64,000 nt of DNA from Candidatus Margulisiibacteriota bacterium (GCA_042563095.1 JBHPMS010000002.1:5551-69550); one strand, 5' to 3'. Positions 19,335 to 33,698 are shown, counted from the stretch's first letter. The notes: a model not told the origin generated them from the letters alone. Numbers and translations: made by a program.

Positions 19335-20543
19335 ATGAAAGTAAAGTTTGAAGGGAAAGAGATTAATTTAAAAAGAATTGGAGTATTAACTGGCGGCGGT
19401 GATTGCGCCGGGCACAATGCGGTTATCTATGGATTGTTAAAGGGAATTAACAAAGCTAACCAGCTACTTCCAGATTCTGAAAAGATGGAGTTGCTTGGAT
19501 TAAAAGAAGGCTGGAAAGCGGTAACCAGAGATCCAGCTAAAGAACTTGATAAAATAGTCCAACCACTATCGACCGAAGATTTAAAAGATAGTTACAAAGT
19601 TTGCGGGACTATAATCAAATCATCCCGTACTAACCTATTTTCAAAAGCAAACCTTGAAGCCAGGGCTCCTGAAAAAGCGATGGAGAATTTGAAAAAGTTA
19701 AAAATTGATTGTCTGGTAGTTCTGGGTGGCGATGATACGCTCGGTGCTGCGGGAAAGATGGGAAAACAATTTACTTTTCCAATGCTGGGTGCTCCTAAGA
19801 CCATGGACAATGATGTTTTTGGGACCGAGCGGACCTATGGTTTTGATTCCGCAGTAAATGAAAGTGTTCATTTTATTGAAAATATCCAGACCACTGCACG
19901 TTCACACAACCGTTGTTTTGTGATCGAATTAATGGGGAGGCATGCTGGCTGGGTTGCTCTTCACGCTGGCATTGCTGGAGGAGCTGATATTGTGTTACTT
20001 CCAGAAGAAACTGTTGATATACGCAAAGTCATTAGGCAGGTTGAAAAAGCGATGGCTTACCAGAACCACTGTTTGGTGGTTGTTTCAGAGGGAGCTCATC
20101 TTTTTAACAAGAGTTATCCGAAAGATATAAATGATAGCAATAATGCTCTTTTAGATAAAGTTTTGGCTAATCCAAAGAATGCACTGGTCAAAGCCCGCCA
20201 TCAGTTACCAAAAAAACTAGATTCTTTTGGTAATGAGCAGTTAGGCGGCATTGGTGAATATATCTTTGCCCTGCTTTCTGAGCATACTAAAGGCATTGAA
20301 TACCGTCTTCAAAATTGCGGCCACGCTATCCGCGGCGGTGTTGCCCATATTGCGGATCGTTTACTCGGCCTTCGTTTTGGCGATGCTATTTTTAGCTTCA
20401 TAAAGGAAGGAAAATTCGGTGTCTACCCTGGCCTGCAGGCTGACAAGATTGTTGCCAATAATCTACTCGAAGTTAAAGGCGGCAAGTTTATTCCAGAAGA
20501 CGACCGGCTTTATCAGATCAGAAATGCGGTTGAGTTTTATTGA
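19335..20543 (+). CDS. pfp: Pyrophosphate-dependent phosphofructokinase (PPi-PFK)
   Basis: PFK fold with GGDDTLGAAGKM (Asp at the E. coli Gly104 position) and PKTMDNDV (Lys at the Gly124 position). This Asp/Lys pair is diagnostic of PPi-dependence. Confidence 0.7.
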   Translation: MKVKFEGKEINLKRIGVLTGGGDCAGHNAVIYGLLKGINKANQLLPDSEKMELLGLKEGWKAVTRDPAKELDKIVQPLSTEDLKDSYKVCGTIIKSSRTNLFSKANLEARAPEKAMENLKKLKIDCLVVLGGDDTLGAAGKMGKQFTFPMLGAPKTMDNDVFGTERTYGFDSAVNESVHFIENIQTTARSHNRCFVIELMGRHAGWVALHAGIAGGADIVLLPEETVDIRKVIRQVEKAMAYQNHCLVVVSEGAHLFNKSYPKDINDSNNALLDKVLANPKNALVKARHQLPKKLDSFGNEQLGGIGEYIFALLSEHTKGIEYRLQNCGHAIRGGVAHIADRLLGLRFGDAIFSFIKEGKFGVYPGLQADKIVANNLLEVKGGKFIPEDDRLYQIRNAVEFY

Positions 20544-20572
20544 TTGACAAACCTCAAAAAACGTAATACAAT
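20544..20572 (+). promoter_or_regulatory. Consensus sigma-70 promoter TTGACA-N17-TACAAT for vapBC
   Basis: TTGACA at 20544-20549, a 17-nt spacer, TACAAT at 20567-20572. Confidence 0.65.
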
Positions 20573-20576
20573 ACTC

Positions 20577-20586
20577 CTATCGATAG
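20577..20586. promoter_or_regulatory. Perfect 10-bp palindrome CTATCGATAG immediately downstream of the -10; candidate antitoxin operator
   Basis: Seen directly in the sequence. AbrB/VapB-type antitoxins autoregulate at palindromes overlapping their promoter. Confidence 0.5.
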
Positions 20587-20614
20587 CAATATCGTAAGAC
20601 ATGGGGGTATTAGC

Positions 20615-20821
20615 ATGGCAGAAGCAACTTTATCTTCAAAATTTCAATTAGTGATTCCGAAAGAAATCAGAGAAGAAACTGGTTTGAAGAAGGGAGAAAA
20701 AATATACATTTTACAAAAAAATGGGATTATCAATCTTGTTCCATCTCATTTACTTAAAAATATGAGGGGATATTTAAAAGGGATGGATATTTCAAATATT
20801 AGAGACGAGGATGATCGTTGA
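20615..20821 (+). CDS. vapB: AbrB/MazE/SpoVT-family antitoxin (VapB-like)
   Basis: 68 aa. SKFQLVIPKEIREETGLKKGEKI is a swapped-hairpin beta-barrel motif. It overlaps vapC by 4 nt. Confidence 0.7.
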   Translation: MAEATLSSKFQLVIPKEIREETGLKKGEKIYILQKNGIINLVPSHLLKNMRGYLKGMDISNIRDEDDR

Positions 20822-21189
20822 TGTTAGTTGATTCCTGCGGATGGTTAGAATACTTTACCGATGGAAAATTAGCAGGTCAATTCTATAAATATCTAAAAGA
20901 TCCTGAAGAAGTTATAACCTCAACTCTGGTTATGTATGAAATTTATAAGAAAATAAAAAATGAAAGATCTGAAGAAGATGCAATACATGCAATTGCACGA
21001 CTACAAGAAACCGAAGTTGTTCCGGTAAGCCAGTCAATTACTCTTTGGGCAGCGGACTTGAGCACAGAGTATAAAATTCCAATGGCCGATGCTATCATTT
21101 ACGCTACTGCTCTTTCCAATAATGTTGAAGTTGTTACATCTGATCAGCATTTTAAACACCTTCCGGAAGTAGTTTATTTGGGAAAATAG
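20818..21189 (+). CDS. vapC: PIN-domain toxin VapC
   Basis: 123 aa. MMLVDSCGWLEYF... with the acidic PIN residues (D5, E, D, D). Confidence 0.75.
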   Translation: MMLVDSCGWLEYFTDGKLAGQFYKYLKDPEEVITSTLVMYEIYKKIKNERSEEDAIHAIARLQETEVVPVSQSITLWAADLSTEYKIPMADAIIYATALSNNVEVVTSDQHFKHLPEVVYLGK

Positions 21190-21205
21190 ATGCGGTTGTG
21201 TTTTA

Positions 21206-22189
21206 TCAAATCGCCAGCATCTCCGCTAGCTTAATGTGCCTCAAATCAACTTTCATCTTAGTGCGAATTACTTTTGCAAAAGGAGTTTCAACCAGTTCTT
21301 CCGACTTTCCGCCGATCATAATGTTGTGGCAGCCATTTAATAAACATTCAACCGCTCTAGCCCCCATTTTACAGGCCAACTCGCGGGAGATTGCTGTCGG
21401 AGACCCTCCCCTTTGCATATGACCCAAAACAGAAATTTTAACATCTACCTTTTTGACTTTATTACGTAATTTTTCAGCAAACTTTTCGGCACTCATCACC
21501 CCTTCGGCCAGTACAATAATAAAACTGGCTTTCCCCCTCCTCTGCCCATCTTTAATCCTTTTTGCAATTTCTGAAAGATTAAACTTAACTTCTGGAATGA
21601 CAATGGCCTCGGCGCCGCAAACCAGGCCGACCTCCACTGCCAACAATCCTTTCCTCTTCCCCATTACCTCAACTACAAAAACCCGATTAAAAGCAGAAGC
21701 TGTGTCTCTGATTTTATCAATGGCGTCTACTGCAGTATTAACAGCAGTATCAAAACCGATCGTATAATCAGTGCAGCTGATATCATTATCTATACTTGCT
21801 GGAATGTGGATGACCGGGAGGTCGGTCTCTTTACTGACAACATTGGCTGCACGGAGTGATCCATCACCGCCGATAACGATCAAAGCGTCAATAAAGCGTT
21901 CTTTCAGGTTTTTATAGGCAACCTGGCGCATATTTTTATCACGAAATTCTTTGGTCCGATGGGAACCAAGAATTGTGCTTCCTTTATTGATTATTCCGCT
22001 AACAGATTTAATATTCATCTCGTCGATTTGACCAGTTATAAGCCCATGCCAGCCTTTTGATATCCCGTAGACTTTTAATTTATGATAGATTGCAGTTCTG
22101 ACCACTGCACGAATTGCAGTATTCATCCCCGGTGCATCCCCACCCGGAGTTACTAATCCGATAGTTTTTATTTTTTTCTTTTTTGTCAT
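21206..22189 (-). CDS. pfkA: ATP-dependent 6-phosphofructokinase
   Basis: 327 aa. GGDGSLRAA (Gly104) and PASIDND (no Lys at 124). Confidence 0.9.
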   Translation of the reverse strand: MTKKKKIKTIGLVTPGGDAPGMNTAIRAVVRTAIYHKLKVYGISKGWHGLITGQIDEMNIKSVSGIINKGSTILGSHRTKEFRDKNMRQVAYKNLKERFIDALIVIGGDGSLRAANVVSKETDLPVIHIPASIDNDISCTDYTIGFDTAVNTAVDAIDKIRDTASAFNRVFVVEVMGKRKGLLAVEVGLVCGAEAIVIPEVKFNLSEIAKRIKDGQRRGKASFIIVLAEGVMSAEKFAEKLRNKVKKVDVKISVLGHMQRGGSPTAISRELACKMGARAVECLLNGCHNIMIGGKSEELVETPFAKVIRTKMKVDLRHIKLAEMLAI

Positions 22190-22475
22190 TTGTTGATCCT
22201 CCTAATAAGTAATTATAACAGGTTAAAAATAACTAAAACAGCTTTTCTTCCTTCCAGTCCAATCATGAATTGCTTCAAATGCCACCTGATAGTTGTATGG
22301 TAGACCGGACCGGGAGGAGTGCCGAAGTTACTGATTGCCCGATTCCCGGGTTACCCGAATTCTATCAAAGTCTTAATATAAATCACTTGAAATTTATAAA
22401 TTTAGTAGATGAAATAAAGCTAGGATAATTGAGGGAAAAACGAGCCCCTGAAAAAATATTAGGAGGAGTATTGAG

Positions 22476-24986
22476 ATGAGTAGATTAGCAAATGTAGGAC
22501 TCGAGAAATTTGGTGGTAGTAAACTGGGACAACAGCAATTAAAATTTATACATAAACATCAACAGAGTGGGGCCATGACAACCGTTAGGCAACAATCTGA
22601 TTTAAGAAGGACTTTTCTAGAAAATGTTGCTGCAAACCATCCTGCCGGGATTCCTGTGATGTTGTTTAATCTTAAAAATCCATATGAGCAGACAATTATA
22701 TTAGATTCAAAGAAACTAGAAAAATACAATATCGATCAGTATTTTGCAGATTTTAAAAGATTGGCTCCCAAGGCAACAGCCGGACTAAGAGAAACTTATG
22801 ATGTATTAAATTGGAATAACCCAAATTATTTGTATAATCCAGTATTTTTAACACTATTAATAGAAGCTGAAGCTAGATTTATTAAAGAACAACATACTGT
22901 CAAGTCAGAAATGTTAAAAGGAATTGATCTATCTGCAAAGGCGGCGGAAGTAGAAAAGGAATTATCACCTAATACTATATCTACAATAAGAGAAGTGTTT
23001 GAAGGAAAGAGCCTGGTTGAAATATTGAAACTTTTAAGAGATAAACCAATGAAGGTTATGGGGAAAGAAGTTAGACCTCAAACTGATCAGATGCTTGAGC
23101 TGGAAGTACGACTAATGGCTGAAAACGGGATCGCCGTCATTACATCGGAAAAATTTAGCGATACCACAAATATATACCTCACATCTTTCCTCTGCTTTTT
23201 ATTGGGATCAGATGGTGGTACTTATTACACCCCAAGTCATAGTTCAGTTTATGTGCTTGGGAGAAAGGTTCTTTCTCAAGAAGGAGCCCAATTATTGCCG
23301 GAGCTTTATAACCGCTTTATTGAGATACTAGAAGAAATAATTGGAGTTGCAAAAGATAAAGGACTGATGGTTAGTCTTGGAGCAAGAGGGGGCGAAAATA
23401 TTTACAATACTTTGTCATATGAGAGGACTGCAAAATTATTTGCAAAAGCAATGAATCATGATCCAAAAACCATTGATATGATTAATGAAGCAGCAGATAA
23501 AGGACTTAGAATAACACTTAATACCCTATCCGGAAGTGCTGCAAAAAGTTTAGCTTCTCAATTAGTAGCATTTGGAGTTGACAAAAAAGTATTTCAACCA
23601 TTATGGGAAAAAGAAGATTCCTATTTTAATGCCGGTTATGTTGCTGGCTTTAAAGATGGAGAATATTTTGTTGATCATTTAGGAGTTGATACTTCGGCTC
23701 CAAAAGTTGTACAGCAAATTCCTTATGCAGAAAAACTCAAAAATGCACCAATTGGTCGAATGGTCTACGAGTGTGATCCGGATAATGATCGCTTTTTAGT
23801 TAAACAGGTCTTAGCAGAGGATGCGATCCCGCTTTGTGAAGTATATGGGATAGATTATTATAAGCTGGGGAATGGTAGAATTTTGGTTGCCCCAAGCCCT
23901 AATAAAATATTTTTAATGCTGGATATTGCCGATTATGAAAGGATGAAGGCTTCAGGTGAATGGGAGAAATATCATTTCTTATATTTCCCAACCTATGTCT
24001 CATCAGCTGCCTGGGTTGAATTTGCAAATTATTTGGCAAGAAAAGAAGGAAATATCTCAACCTTCTTATGCCGGGTTGGATTTAAAAACTTTAATCAGGC
24101 CTTAACCCAAATTCAGGATTGGTGGTTTAATAGACCGGAGGAACCAACTCTTACAATTAAACCTCAATTGGGGGATCCTATTACCCTTAACCGGGACAAA
24201 CCATTACGAGTCCTAAGTAAAGAAGAAGAAAGTGGCGGAAGAACAGCTGGCCAGGCAGCAGCATTAACTAATATTCTTGGTGAAAGGATGCTTTCATTGC
24301 CAGAAAAAGCTGTTGGAGATGCCTTGATGGCACATCTGGCTGATATGGCAAGAAGATATCTGGAGAAGCAGGAATTACGTTTACCAAGTATAATTGATAC
24401 TGCTTATACAAAATATCAATTAATATCTAAAATTGACTATCGCTTGGATATTCTTCATGGTGACCAGGGTATCATTGCACAGGTTGGTCCAGAAAAAGCA
24501 GCAAAATTAAAATCACAGGCTGGTGCAGAAAAAGCCAACTTTAATAACTTTTTCTTTTCATTGGGTATTGCAGAACAAACAGCAAAACTAAGCCTTGATA
24601 AAATAAGGGGTATTTTAAAAGCAGTGCTCCCTGAATGGTCTGATACCTGGAATTGCCTGGACAGTATTCAATATGTAGAAGAAGAGTTAACCGCTACTCA
24701 AACACGACCGGAGGGAGTGGTGATGTCATTTAATGCTAAGGATGGAAAAACTCCTTTGGTGACTAAATTTAAATTCAGGCCTTCCGGCACAGATCCCTTA
24801 AAGAGTAAAGTCTATATTGATGCTGTTGTATTAAGAATGGAACAAATAAGAGAAATTGAAGACCGCAATAATCACCTAAAACGCCTTGATCTTTATGGTG
24901 TACTTGATCATTACGGGATAGAATATGCAGAAGCTAAACCAGCTGAAGCAGGTCAGATTGAATTAAGACCAGTAGCGTTAAATTAG
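22476..24986 (+). CDS. Atypically long (836 aa) alpha-D-phosphohexomutase-superfamily protein (phosphoglucomutase-like)
   Basis: The four ordered PGM/PMM motifs are recognisable. They are the phosphoserine loop YYTPSHSS (compare TASHNP), the metal loop ECDPDNDRF (DGDGDR), the sugar loop EEESGG (GEESGG) and the phosphate loop RPSGTDP (RPSGTEP). It lies between pfkA and pgi. Confidence 0.55.
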   Translation: MSRLANVGLEKFGGSKLGQQQLKFIHKHQQSGAMTTVRQQSDLRRTFLENVAANHPAGIPVMLFNLKNPYEQTIILDSKKLEKYNIDQYFADFKRLAPKATAGLRETYDVLNWNNPNYLYNPVFLTLLIEAEARFIKEQHTVKSEMLKGIDLSAKAAEVEKELSPNTISTIREVFEGKSLVEILKLLRDKPMKVMGKEVRPQTDQMLELEVRLMAENGIAVITSEKFSDTTNIYLTSFLCFLLGSDGGTYYTPSHSSVYVLGRKVLSQEGAQLLPELYNRFIEILEEIIGVAKDKGLMVSLGARGGENIYNTLSYERTAKLFAKAMNHDPKTIDMINEAADKGLRITLNTLSGSAAKSLASQLVAFGVDKKVFQPLWEKEDSYFNAGYVAGFKDGEYFVDHLGVDTSAPKVVQQIPYAEKLKNAPIGRMVYECDPDNDRFLVKQVLAEDAIPLCEVYGIDYYKLGNGRILVAPSPNKIFLMLDIADYERMKASGEWEKYHFLYFPTYVSSAAWVEFANYLARKEGNISTFLCRVGFKNFNQALTQIQDWWFNRPEEPTLTIKPQLGDPITLNRDKPLRVLSKEEESGGRTAGQAAALTNILGERMLSLPEKAVGDALMAHLADMARRYLEKQELRLPSIIDTAYTKYQLISKIDYRLDILHGDQGIIAQVGPEKAAKLKSQAGAEKANFNNFFFSLGIAEQTAKLSLDKIRGILKAVLPEWSDTWNCLDSIQYVEEELTATQTRPEGVVMSFNAKDGKTPLVTKFKFRPSGTDPLKSKVYIDAVVLRMEQIREIEDRNNHLKRLDLYGVLDHYGIEYAEAKPAEAGQIELRPVALN

Positions 24987-25037
24987 GTTATTTGATTCCT
25001 TTATATGCTAAAATATCTGTATTAAAGGAGATATTTT

Positions 25038-29309
<4,272 letters not shown>

Positions 29310-29310
<1 letters not shown>

Positions 29311-30257
29311 TACATATTTTTTAAGACTGTTGCAACAACTTTTTCTTCTGCTTCTGCCAGTGGAATATCAAGTTGCGCGCCGGCTGCCTGAATATGTCCC
29401 CCACCACCGATTTCGTTAGCAATCTTTGATACGTTAACTTCGCCCTTGGAACGGAAGTTGATCTTTATTTTTCCGGTTGAATCTTCTCTCATGAATACTG
29501 ATACCTGGGAGCCTTTAATTGCCCGCAGGTGGTCAATAATACTTATCAGGTCTTCTGCTTTGGCTCCATACTTTTCAACAATCGATTTTGGGACCGCTGA
29601 CCATACAAATTTACCACCCTTCTCCACTTTCATATTTTCAAGGGCATAGGCTAAAACTTTCATCCCTGCTATGGTCTTTACGTCGTAGACAGCAGATGCA
29701 ATTTTCCACGGAACAGCGCCCGCTTCAACCAGTTCCCAGGCGATATGAAAAGTACTAGGTAAGGTACTGGCATAGCGAAAGTTGCCGGTGTCGGTCATAA
29801 TTGCCACATAAAGTGCAACGGCAATATCTTGTGTTATTTCTACTCTTAGCTCTTTAGCTAACTTATAAATTTGTTCAGCAACAGATGATAATAGTTCGAC
29901 ACAGTTGATATCGCCAAAATTGGTATTGTCTGGATGGTGATCAATGTTAATGATGTTCTTTGCTTTTAGATCAAGTTTGCCCAACCTGGTCAGGTCGGAT
30001 GAATCAACAGTGATCAATAGGTCATATTCTTTCCGTTTCGGTTTTTTCTGTATTTTTTCTGACCTTGGAAGAAATTGATATGATTCGGGCAATCCACTAA
30101 CTGCAACCATCTCTGATTTTTTCCCCAGCTGTTCAAGGATTAGATGCATCGCAATCATTGATCCTAAAGTATCTCCATCCGGATCAATGTGGGCTGCAAT
30201 TAAAACTGTTTTTGATTCTTCAATGAGTACCTTAATTGTTTTATAAACTTGCTGCAT
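29310..30257 (-). CDS. nrnA: DHH/DHHA1 phosphoesterase NrnA (oligoribonuclease/pAp phosphatase)
   Basis: 315 aa. HIDPDGDTLGS, DHH, C-terminal GGGH. It sits in the conserved rbfA-nrnA-truB position. Confidence 0.8.
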
Positions 30258-30262
30258 AAAAT

Positions 30263-30640
30263 TTATCTACTGCTTTTTTTACTCAAACGTTCGCATTCGG
30301 CTGCTTCTTTTTCTAAGCGTGACATAATGGCCATCACCCGGCTACCCCGTTCAATTGATTTATCCCGTACAAAACTGATATTTGGGGTATACCTGAGGTC
30401 AAGGTTGCGGCTAAGTTCAACCTGGATATAGCCTTTGGCACTCTGGAGCCCGCGCATGGAGTCTTTTTTATCTTTCTCACTGCCGTAGATACTAACAAAG
30501 ATCTTGGCAAATCTTAAATCAGCGGTCATTTCAACCTCTGTAACAGAAACAAATCCGATTCTAGGATCAGCTACCTTCTTTGTTAAGATAGCGCTTATTT
30601 CTTTTTTGATCAGCTCACCAACTCTTTTTTGCCGATTCAT
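30263..30640 (-). CDS. rbfA: Ribosome-binding factor A
   Basis: 125 aa. RVGELIKKEISAIL...VTEVEMTADLRFAKIF. Confidence 0.9.
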   Translation of the reverse strand: MNRQKRVGELIKKEISAILTKKVADPRIGFVSVTEVEMTADLRFAKIFVSIYGSEKDKKDSMRGLQSAKGYIQVELSRNLDLRYTPNISFVRDKSIERGSRVMAIMSRLEKEAAECERLSKKSSR

Positions 30641-32637
30641 TTGTTCTTTTCCCTCATTTCAAAAATCTGGATCTTATCCCCCTCTTTAAAATCGGTAAAA
30701 CCCCTGATTGCAACTCCACATTCAAATCCTTCCAAAACCTCTTTGACATCATCTTTAAAACGCTTTAATGATTCTAGCTTATTTTCATAAACTAACTTTT
30801 CTCCACGCAATACTCTTAACCCCGAACCTCTTACAAACTTACCGCTGCTAATAAAGGTTCCAGCAATAACTCCAACTTTTGAATATTTGAAGGTTGCCCT
30901 AACTTCACCTTCTCCAATAATAACTTCTTCGTATACAGTTGAGAGCATCCCCTCCATTGCCAGTTTAATATCCTCGATCACTTTATAAATTACGTCGTAT
31001 CGGCGAATTGAAACTCCTTCAGCTTTTGCGAGTTCAATTGCACGCGGTTGTACATTGGCATGAAAACCAACAATAATTGCACCAGAAGCTTCGGCCAAGA
31101 GGACATCACTCTCTAATACCTCTCCAGCTTGTGAGTGAATTACATTAACATGGATCCCAGAAACATCCAGATCCCTTAATGACTGCACCAAGGCCTCAAG
31201 TGATCCCCTAACATCAGCCTTTACTATTACGTTCAAATCGGTTTTTTCACCCTCTTTGATATGCTGGCTAAAACTTTCAAGAGTTTGCGCAGCACGGTGC
31301 GCCAGGTTTGATTCTTCATTTTTCTTGCTGGCTAACAGGCGGGCTTCTTTTTCGCTTTTAACCGCTTGCAGCAGTTCACCCGGCTGCGGAACTTCTGATA
31401 AACCCAATACTTCTACTGCAGCAGAAGGAGGAGCAGTTTTTAAGCGTTCACCAAACTCTGTAATTAAAGCCCGCACTTTCCCATAAACGCTTCCTATTAC
31501 AATTGGATCACCAACCCGTAACGTACCATTTTTGATTAATACGGTTGCAACTGAGCCGCGCCCTTTATCTAACTTTGATTCAACCACCACTCCCTGCGCC
31601 GGAACATCTGGATTTGCTTTTAATTCTTGAACATCTGAAACCAAGAGGATCATTTCGAGAAGCTCATCAATATTCTGCCCCTGTTTGGCAGAAATGGCTA
31701 CCATAACAGTTTCGCCCCCCCAATCTTCAGCAATTAATTTATACTCCGATAATTGTTGTTTAACCTTTTCGGGGCTGGCATCGGCTTTGTCAATTTTGTT
31801 AATTGCAACAATTATTGGAACTCCCGCCGCTTTGGCGTGATCGATTGCTTCTATTGTTTGTGGCATAACACCATCATCGGCGGCAACCACCAGCACTGCG
31901 ATATCAGTTACTTTTGCGCCGCGTGCCCTGAGGGCTGTAAAGGCTTCATGCCCCGGTGTGTCCAAAAACGTTATTTTCTTACCTTTAATATCTACCTGAT
32001 AAGCTCCAATATGCTGGGTGATTCCTCCCGCCTCTGATTCTGCAACTTTAGTTTCTCTGATCGCATCTAAAAGTTTAGTTTTTCCATGATCAACGTGCCC
32101 CATTATGGCAACTACCGGTGGCCTATCTTTTAACTCGTGCTTGTCTGAAAGAATGACCTTGTGTTGCTTTTCTATCGCTTTTACTACTTCTGCCTTTAAA
32201 CCAAATTTTTCAACAATCTGAGCTGCCAGATCTGATGTAACATTTTGATTGATGTTGAGCAGAAATCCTTTCTTCATTAACTCTTTGATAACTTCACTTG
32301 GGTTTATATTTAACAGATTAGAAAGTTCTTTTATTGCTATGCTTTCGCCAGTAATTTTAATGACTTTTTCTTCTATAACTGGATCTTCAACGATTTCCGC
32401 CTTTGGTGGTTCTTCGGCCTTCTTTTCTTCTTCCTCTACAGCTTCTTTAGTTTTCTCTTTTGGTTTGGTCAAAAGTTCAGTCACAACCTTCACCGCTTCT
32501 GCATCAACAGAACTAGCATGCGTTTTTACTGCTATTCCTAAATCTTTAAGAATTTCAATAAGTTCTTTACTGCTCTTTCCCAGCTCTTTGGCCAGCGCAC
32601 TTACTCTAATCTTTTTTAGGAGTTTCTTCTTTTCCAT
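30637..32637 (-). CDS. infB: Translation initiation factor IF-2
   Basis: GTPase motifs [16 protein letters not shown] and NKID. The start is placed at MEKKKLLKK (M18 of the track ORF). It still overlaps the nusA end by about 30 nt. Confidence 0.9.
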   Translation of the reverse strand: MEKKKLLKKIRVSALAKELGKSSKELIEILKDLGIAVKTHASSVDAEAVKVVTELLTKPKEKTKEAVEEEEKKAEEPPKAEIVEDPVIEEKVIKITGESIAIKELSNLLNINPSEVIKELMKKGFLLNINQNVTSDLAAQIVEKFGLKAEVVKAIEKQHKVILSDKHELKDRPPVVAIMGHVDHGKTKLLDAIRETKVAESEAGGITQHIGAYQVDIKGKKITFLDTPGHEAFTALRARGAKVTDIAVLVVAADDGVMPQTIEAIDHAKAAGVPIIVAINKIDKADASPEKVKQQLSEYKLIAEDWGGETVMVAISAKQGQNIDELLEMILLVSDVQELKANPDVPAQGVVVESKLDKGRGSVATVLIKNGTLRVGDPIVIGSVYGKVRALITEFGERLKTAPPSAAVEVLGLSEVPQPGELLQAVKSEKEARLLASKKNEESNLAHRAAQTLESFSQHIKEGEKTDLNVIVKADVRGSLEALVQSLRDLDVSGIHVNVIHSQAGEVLESDVLLAEASGAIIVGFHANVQPRAIELAKAEGVSIRRYDVIYKVIEDIKLAMEGMLSTVYEEVIIGEGEVRATFKYSKVGVIAGTFISSGKFVRGSGLRVLRGEKLVYENKLESLKRFKDDVKEVLEGFECGVAIRGFTDFKEGDKIQIFEMREKNK

Positions 32638-33601
32638 TTTCCCCTTCTTTGTTTTGATTCTTTCCCTCACTCTCTTCTTCAGAAACAATATCGATCTTAT
32701 AACCAGTTAATTTTGCCGCTAAACGCACATTTTGCCCATCTTTTCCAATTGCTAATGAAAGATCTTTATTGCCCAAAATCACCTTAACCGCCCTCTCTTC
32801 TTCGTTAATTTCAATCTTTCCACCTTTAGAGGGTGACAGTGCCGAAGCGATATATTTTATTGGTTTGTCTGACCACTCAATTATGTCGATTCTTTCTCCG
32901 CCAATTTCGCGGGTGACATTTTGGATGCGTGATCCCATCTGTCCTACGCAGGTGCCGATTACACCAATATTAGGATCGTTTGATTTAATTGCGATTTTGG
33001 TTCTTCTCCCTGCTTCTCGTGCAATTCCCTTAATTTCGAGCACACCCTGCTCAATTTCCGGAACTTCCATTTCAAAAAGCTTTTTAATAAAATCAGGATT
33101 ACTTCTTGATAAAACCACCAGTGGTCCTTTCGGTGATTTTTTTACTTCTAAGACGATCATTTTGACATGGTCTTTTGTGCGATAGCTCTCACCCGGAATC
33201 ATTTCCATGTTGCCCAGATAAGCCTCCAGCCTTCCAATATTAACTAAATAACCGCCGCTCTCGCGCTTTTGCACAACTCCGGTGATCAATTGCCCAACTT
33301 TTGTGATATACTCTTCAAACAATCCATCTTTTTCTGCTTCACGGATACGCTGGACAATCACCTGTTTAGCAGTTTGTGCTGCTAATCTGCCAAAATCAGA
33401 GGGGGTTACCTCTTTATCATTGTCAAAAACCTTAGTTTCACCAGCATCACTTATTTTAACTGTAATATTTTCATTATTCGGAAACCGCTTTTTAGCGGCC
33501 GAGAGCATTGCTTCTTCTAGAGCTGCAATAATACTCTCTTGTTTAATTCCACGCTCCTCTTGAATCTGCCGCAGCATTTCCTTAAATTTACTGATTTTCA
33601 T
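32606..33601 (-). CDS. nusA: Transcription termination/antitermination factor NusA (short form)
   Basis: 331 aa with an N-terminal domain, S1 and two KH domains. Confidence 0.9.
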   Translation of the reverse strand: MKISKFKEMLRQIQEERGIKQESIIAALEEAMLSAAKKRFPNNENITVKISDAGETKVFDNDKEVTPSDFGRLAAQTAKQVIVQRIREAEKDGLFEEYITKVGQLITGVVQKRESGGYLVNIGRLEAYLGNMEMIPGESYRTKDHVKMIVLEVKKSPKGPLVVLSRSNPDFIKKLFEMEVPEIEQGVLEIKGIAREAGRRTKIAIKSNDPNIGVIGTCVGQMGSRIQNVTREIGGERIDIIEWSDKPIKYIASALSPSKGGKIEINEEERAVKVILGNKDLSLAIGKDGQNVRLAAKLTGYKIDIVSEEESEGKNQNKEGENGKEETPKKD

Positions 33602-33611
33602 CCAACCGGCT

Positions 33612-33647
33612 CCTTAAAAACAAAAGTGGGCCTATTCTTCCCACTTT
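33612..33647 (-). terminator. Intrinsic-terminator-like hairpin plus U-tract in the nusA 5' leader (candidate attenuator)
   Basis: On the minus strand the RNA reads CAAAAAGUGGGAAGAAUAGGCCCACUUUUG UUUUUAAGGAGCC-AUG. The stem is AAAAGTGGG/CCCACTTTT (33621-33647) and it is followed by UUUUGUUUUU and then the RBS. Confidence 0.5.
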
Positions 33648-33669
33648 TTGAAACGTATTTAGTTAATTA

Positions 33670-33698
33670 TATTATACTACTTAACCGGATTACGTGCA
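33670..33698 (-). promoter_or_regulatory. Sigma-70-type promoter TTGCAC-N17-TATAAT upstream of the nusA leader hairpin
   Basis: Minus-strand TTGCAC (33698-33693), a 17-nt spacer, TATAAT (33675-33670). The predicted TSS is about 15 nt before the hairpin. Confidence 0.5.

Noticed and set aside
22190-22475. Possible tRNA or riboswitch in the 286-bp pfkA-upstream spacer.
   Set aside because: No cloverleaf with a GTTCRANYC T-loop, and no recognisable riboswitch core (c-di-GMP, ZTP, purine, preQ1). It is kept only as a low-interest GC-rich patch.
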